The notes below the pieces were generated by a model. It ran no database searches and had not been told where the DNA came from. It saw only the letters and a list, made by a program, of their open reading frames with translations. Below, piece after piece: positions 58,095 through 64,000 of a stretch of DNA of 64,000 bases (positions within the stretch are counted from its first letter, which is position 1; each line of letters starts with the position of its first letter). Position numbers and translations under genes: made by a program. The DNA is taken from the NCBI RefSeq assembly GCF_000143415.4, contig NW_003314314.1, positions 563,771 through 627,770 on the forward strand, written 5' to 3'. This stretch comes from Selaginella moellendorffii. Its lineage: Eukaryota; Plantae; Lycopodiophyta.

Positions 58095-61000
58095 CCCGAG
58101 ATGTTGAAGGATAAAGGATCCCCGAAAGCATGACCAAAATGATAAAGAGTCCATTAGATGAGACCAAGTCCGAGATCAAGTCCGAGACTAACTCTAAGAC
58201 TGAGTTCAAGACTGAGCCCAAGATCAAGTCCAAGACCAATTCTGAGACTAAGTTCGAGACCAAGTCTGAGACTAAGCTCGAGACTGAGTCTGAGATTCGA
58301 GATCGGGTCTGAGACCAAGTCTGAGATCAAGTCCGAAATAGAGTTTGAGGTCGGGTCTAAGATCGAGTTCGAGATCAAGTACGAGACAGAGTCTGAATAT
58401 TAATATAGGTTATGGGGTGAAAGCCCAAAGCGTGTGTCTCCCCAGGGGGGCTGTAGGGGGTTCTGAAAGTATAGTAGGGATAGTGAGGCCTAGGAACTAG
58501 TCTTGAAAGAACTTTCCAGTGGTGCTTCCAAACTGACTTGAGGTTGAAATTGGGGCCGAGGGGCTTTCGATAGGAGTGAGCATGGACTCAGGTGGTGCTA
58601 GAGTGGCCACCCAAGGAAGTGCTCAAAAGTAACTCCCACTCCCGGAAAGGAAACTGATTATGGTGCTCCCAGCTCATGTGGAGTGGTGCTCCACTTGAGT
58701 ACTTTGCGGCTTATTAAACCTTGCCCTTCCTAGGGGTTTGGGCTTTCCCTTTGGGATGGAAGTGGGGGAATAAAGGTACTCATATCAAGCTATTAAGCCA
58801 CAGTGTTTCCCCCCGGCATCCTAAAGCAAGTGTTGCACCCAAGGCTTGGGATTTAGAGGGTTCTATAATCAAATTTTGTTGTATTAAGGGATGTTAAGAA
58901 TTTGGAGGCTTGGTGTGCTTGGTTACTTGTGCCTACAGGGAATGTAGTTAAACTTTAAATCCAGTCTAACCCAAGAAGGGGGATTGTGAGAGATTTGGGA
59001 ATTTATGGATGGATGGTTAACGCTCCGTTGCTCATGTAATGAGTAGCTGAAACCAAGTAAAACCAAGTAAGAACTAGTACAATAGGTAGGAACTTTGGCA
59101 AGGGAACTTAGGTAAAGCCAAGGCAATGTTAATTGGATAGACAAGGTAAGTTAGCAAATTGGAAAGGAAAAATTTATAGCTTACAAATATATGGCAATCT
59201 ACTAAAACGAATCAAGGTGCATTTTGTTAAAGTTTTTAGACATGATATTGAAACATGTAGTGCTTCAAACATTCTTACTTTTTTTAGTTTAGTTTTACTA
59301 AAAAAAATATTTTTTTAATCAAAAAAAGTTCAGCACTTTCACGGCTGATCGATAACCACAATCAACCGGTCAGCCAGTCACCATTCAGAATAGTCAAGAC
59401 CAACCTTGAGTGCAAGAGAAGTGACCAGATGTCATCATATACAATGTCATGTTGTGCCAACTCCAACTCCATATCTTCTTGATGTTGCCCAGAGTTGTCA
59501 ATGGCAACTTTTGTCCTATTTGCTTTCTGCTGGTTTGCTTCTTTCTTGTTGACAACTCCTGGGGACAAGCTTGTTTTGGTCTCTACTTTCCTCTCTGCTT
59601 TCTTCAAACCCAAACAACTTGATTTGGCAAAAACTTATAACTCCTCATCAACTACAAGGTTTGTATAGCCTGCTTTCTTCCTGTTTGCTTTCTTTTAGTC
59701 TGCTTTCTTTGGAACTGCTACTTTTATGCTAGGAACCTTGCCAACCTCCATAAACTTGCCACTGAGTTTTACTCCCAGTCCAGACCAATCTTCTATAGAA
59801 GAGAGTGTTCCCTGCTCTTGATCATAACAAAGGACCTCCACTCCTTTACTGTGCAAGCAGTGACATTGGGCCAAGGTTACTGTTGAAAGACTATTAGCTG
59901 GTGTCTAGTCACTCCATTGCACTCGCTGCCCATTCAAAATAAAAAAAAGTCACTACTCCTGGAAATTAACAACAATGTCTCCCAGTTGTGCCAGTGTCTC
60001 TACTCCCAGAATGATATCAATTGCTCCCATGTCCAGAATATAAAGCTCCCTGAATATGACTCCCTAAATATTATATCCATTGATATCGAAGGAGCACCAG
60101 GCTTGCTCAGATGCACATACAGTCCCCCCATCTACAATCTCCACCTCTTGATGAAAGTGTGTGATGCATTAGAATCCAACAAGCCAAAAGCAACCTGATC
60201 GTTGATCTGGCCCTTCAAATGGAAGCATGTAGTCTGGTTTTGCCAAGGAACACAGGTCTAGAAATCATAGCTCTTGCTTTTGCCACCTGCTGGTCAGCTA
60301 TCCCTTCTTCTCGACCACCTTCCTATACAAACACCTCATGTGTATTGTCAATATCATCTAAATCCACTTCATGCTCATCCTTCTTGAAATATAACATTGC
60401 AGCCCATCCCTAGATTGCCACCTTATTCTTGTGTGCCAAACAAGAAAGATGTTGGTCTTTGCTCACAATCGAAACACTTCCCCAATTTAAGGTCCTTTGT
60501 TTATTTTGCCTTCTGCTGGGGTGTCCTCTCTTTCCATGGTTTCTTGTCTCTTGTTGCACTAGTCACAATAGAGTTGTTTTCAGTGCAATTAAATGGCAAG
60601 ATCTCTCGTGACAGTTGGATCCATCCAACAATATGCTCTGGTCATCAAAAATGCCTTTCAATCTCACAAAATCATTCGTTGAGTGTTGCCAAATAGAAGT
60701 TAATTTTGCCTAAGCTACATCCACTGTTAAAGTCGTCGGAAGGGAAACAATATAACATTGTATTACCTCCTCTGGTACCCCCACTATCTAGTATGATTGA
60801 GGAAGCAAGCTTTGTTGAAAGCTTGAAGATCTTGCTTCTGCCACTCGTATTGCAAGTCACAAAGATTGTTAAATGGTGTCAAGATAAACATCTCCTCTAG
60901 CATCTTCTTGAACTGTGGCCAAGAGGAAAAGATTCTTGCTTGCTCCAGACTGTGAAACCATTCTGAACCAAGCTCCTTCAAGTACATAGCCACAAATGGA

Positions 61001-64000
61001 ACCTTCTTGTGGTCCTTCTGCTTCCTGAAGACAAAATTCCTTTCCAATTGCCTGATCCATTCTTGCAGCTTCAATCAATCATTTGCCCCATCGTATTGAT
61101 CCACTGGAAATTTCTCTAGATCCTGCCATCTGGAGGTTTGAGGTCCCCAACCCCAGATCCCTTTGCCCGCTAGAAGATCCACCTGACAAATCTTGTCAAG
61201 GAGATCCTCATACCAGGGTGTCTACTCGATTATTGGTAGCGGCCGAGAACTAGAATCGACAAAGACTTCCTCCTTCGAAGACAATCTTCGTTAAGTCCCC
61301 CTCCTTCTAGGCATGCAGCCCCCAGTCCACTTGCTCAGCAAGCCTGAACTATTTGTCACTGATCTGCTGCAACACCAATGCTGTGGCATGCTCCAAAGAC
61401 TGCAAGGTTTGCTGGAGTTGATCTTGCTGGCTCACTAATTGCTTATGGTTTTCAAGATATTGCTGCATAAACGATTGAAGTGCCCCTTCAACTCATTCAC
61501 CAATTCCCCAGCCATGGTGTGCTATGGCAATTCCTCCAAGTCTGGAACAACGTTGATGCTTGATCCGCCGATCTTGTGATTTCTTGATCGCCCACAGCAT
61601 GGTGCTTATCTTTGGATCCTCGCCATACCACACTGCCAAAGACAAAAAACTCGACTGCCCACGAAGAAACCTTACCACACAACAGAGGTCGGATCCCAGA
61701 TCACAATGAAACCCATCACAATGGAAATTGCTGGCAATTGGCATGGCAGATCTGTCACTTTCAGCCCTCACTAGAAGAAACAGCTCCAATACCAAATGAA
61801 AGGAGTGAATCATAGTATCGATCATTCCCCAATATCTCATGAATCAAAGGGAATATAAAAAAGAGAATGAATAGGAAAGGATGGAGAAAGAAAATGAAAA
61901 ACCTTCCATACTCTATTAGCCATGTCCCATATATCCTACGTTCCGTATAATCCAGTCTGTAACAGCTGCTGTTTCAATTTCGGTAGGTGTCTTGTTGTGA
62001 GCATGTTTAGACATGGTACTTTGAAACGAGATGCATACCTGCTGAAGTGCAGCAGCCGATTCTAGCTCGTAAGTATCTTGCTCGACAATGTTGTGGTGCA
62101 AGCTCGAGCAAGTCAGCGTGGAGCAGCTCGCAACCAACCTGTTTATTGCGAGAGAGTGATGATAACTTGGAAACCAAGTACGTGGGTTGTGGTTCTGGAC
62201 TGCTGCATGATTATCCGTCCCAGCTTCTAGAATGTCCGTTCTTTTCTCAGATTTAAACATGGTTCAAACATCAGGATGCCTCGGCTGATGACTTGGAAGT
62301 TTCATTTTGCAGGTCGTGTTCTAAAGTTTATCTTAACGCATGGAGAGCTAGAAATTGCCTTCACAGGAGGCATGGTCTTGCTATAGTTTACTTATTTGTC
62401 TAAACATGCCCACTGAACCATCAGGAATCTTCCCCTTTTCCCCATGTCTTCGGGAGCAGGTACTCATAAAGCTTGAAGAATGTCCTCAAACACAGGTTGG
62501 ATTTCAGGACTTTGACATGATTCAATTACACCGGCTTGAGCCACGGGTTTTGACCTTCTGCGGTCCCAAGGGGCGATGACAATGGAAGCCACAATCAATG
62601 GACTTTATGAAGGATTGAATGTGGCAGATTTCTAAGAAATTCTAGAAGAGTATTTGACGTTGTATGTGCGAGAAAGTGCTCAACGTGTTTGGTTTTGTTT
62701 TTGAGTTTTTGTCTTTCTCAAAAAGAAGTGTCCCAAGGATTCCCTCAATGGCTCCTGTTTTGGATCTTGTCTTTGAACCTGATTGTCTTGCTTGGTTTCA
62801 GGATGAACTGGATGAGACAGAATCATCAAGAGGTTTGTGTAGTATTACCGAGATCAACCACTAGGCAGAGTAAAACTCCTGATCCATCTGTGGAGCAGCG
62901 ATCTAGAGTCGAGAGTGACCCTTGAAGGTGACGATCAATGCACCGGACATCCAAGATTGCAAGTATTGCAGTGAGGCGCCTGCAGAGTTTGATCGTGGGA
63001 AGGATATCCAGTTAAAAGAGGAGCTTAACGTGAATACAGAACCAGTTCCATGGGTAAGTTCTGGGATCATCAGCGTTTCTTGGTGATGACGATAATCTCC
63101 CGTTAATTAACACGATGTGTCCAGCGTGACACCAACACCCAGAAACTGTAGACGCGAGATTTCTCCTGGCACCTTGGCACCACGACGAAACACGCAAATC
63201 GGTTGGAGTTGAATCCGATATGGTGTCAATGGCTGGAATGTTTGGAGCTGCGCTGATACAAGGCCGGGTTTTCATCACCAAGGATTATCACTGTGCCAGG
63301 CACAAAGGATGCAACAGGTTTCTAGACTCTTTGATTATTGCTTCTCGACCAAAAATTTATTTAATTAATATTAACTAATATTTTAACCAGTTATTCTATA
63401 GAATAAACTAAGATATTCCATGATGTGGACTGCACCAAAAACCCTTAAAGTGGACACACTCCTAAACTAAAACTGAAGGAAGTGGCAAAACTCTGACCAC
63501 TGAATGGCCGCTCGTAAGAGAGAGTAATCTCAGGGAAGAGCTCGTGTGGCTGATGCCACGGCCTCTCATGTGAGTGACAAAGCCAGGGACATGAAAGTAG
63601 TCTTGTTTGACGAATACATGACAGTGTCCTCCGGAATTCATAAAACTACAAGCGAGAGGTGTCCCTCGATCTTCTCATTCTTTCGGTAGCACAAAGTAGC
63701 AAGAACTAAACAAGAAAAACCCTTTACTACTGCAGCTTTCTGGAACACACCCCGAAAGCTCGCAACCAATAAGTTGTGTCTGATTTGCTCTCAAAATAAT
63801 CACTGGTGTTCCTTTACAAGCTCCCAGGTCTGCTGCTACGCCTGCCTCGATCACTGCTGCCACTAATCTCAATGTTGAGATATCTCATCTAGTAGCAAAG
63901 CTCGATGAACAGGTTGAGACTGACAACAAGAGTGTGGATGGTCGTTCCTCCAATCTTCTACTGCATGGTGATTCCTTGAGACGTGCTAAACTTATGCAAT

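Larger units (their letters stand above)
43086..59185 (+). mobile_element. Ty3/gypsy chromovirus (element B): 5' LTR 43086-44161, gag-PR-RT 44221-46324, INT+chromodomain 54662-55810, 3' LTR about 58100-59185
   Basis: LTR TGTAAG...CTTACA of about 1.08 kb; PBS TGGTATTGGAGC at 44164; TSD AATGT/AATAT. Motifs CFNCSKTRHFSREC, IFIDMSASDNFV, LFVKKKDESMRMCIDY, VVVDRFLKMAHF, HPVFHVNLLK, chromodomain EEEYKVKAI...FHVKWKGF..KTTWEPEENL. Many stops. The rest of RT and RNase H is not visible and presumably lies in the N gap. Confidence 0.88.
42995..59260 (+). mobile_element. BED zinc-finger remnant (hAT-like transposase N-terminus) split by element B: 42995-43085 plus 59191-59260
   Basis: Removing 43086-59190 gives MVSDWAWSHITKL...(frameshift)WRCSYCGKM|YGNLLKRIKVHFVKVFRHDIETC, in frame across the junction. 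Confidence 0.7.
39440..61954 (-). mobile_element. Outer Ty3/gypsy chromovirus (element A): 3' LTR 39440-39603, INT/CHD 39650-41000, RT 41880-42460, gag/PR 59350-61780, 5' LTR 61797-61954
   Basis: Related short LTRs TGAAAGGAGTGAATC...TTCCGTAT(G/A)ATCCA. Minus-strand PPT GGGAGGGGAGTGA and PBS TGGTATTGGAGC. Motifs KLHPRFFGPF, chromodomain FLIRWQG...DTW, MDFIV, SDRDPKF, DYCALNK..IKNRFP, FVDNILIYS, LLDSNASHTF. LTRs are fairly diverged and no clean TSD is visible, so the two halves could be separate related elements. Confidence 0.75.

Noticed and set aside
57003-58403. Long DS/LG/PS-repeat ORFs (376 aa, 298 aa and others)
   Set aside because: Products of stop-free hexamer arrays inside LTRs.

Overview
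Eukaryotic plant genomic DNA. The roughly 45-60 bp introns, GC-rich tightly packed genes and DYW-PPR style suggest a lycophyte such as Selaginella (inference, not verified). The window has three zones. (1) 1-20 kb is retrotransposon-rich: an apparently intact Ty1/copia running off the left edge, two decayed Ty3/gypsy elements, a CYP71-clan P450, and a young 5S-rRNA-carrying TRIM (Cassandra-type) just upstream of the P450. (2) 20-38 kb is a dense gene island: SufB head-to-head with a highly diverged, frameshifted purF/GPAT-like gene, a small orphan ORF, a RAD54B-like SNF2 ATPase, a Tubby-like F-box gene, a JAZ/TIFY gene, a FAX/Tmemb14 gene and a DYW-PPR editing factor. (3) 39.4-62 kb is a multi-layer nest: a chromovirus contains a hAT/BED remnant, which contains a second chromovirus, which contains a tandem non-coding LARD and a solo LTR; there is one N gap. 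Top observations: two short intron-like inserts (one canonical GT-AG, one with an AT at the donor) that precisely split conserved motifs of a Ty3/gypsy integrase; a purF-like protein that keeps the Fe-S cysteines but has lost the PRPP motif, next to a SufB with no visible transit peptide; the Cassandra-like TRIM; a module shared by three otherwise dissimilar LTRs; and an ABRE array in a very young LARD LTR. All calls are from manual reading; no database searches were run.
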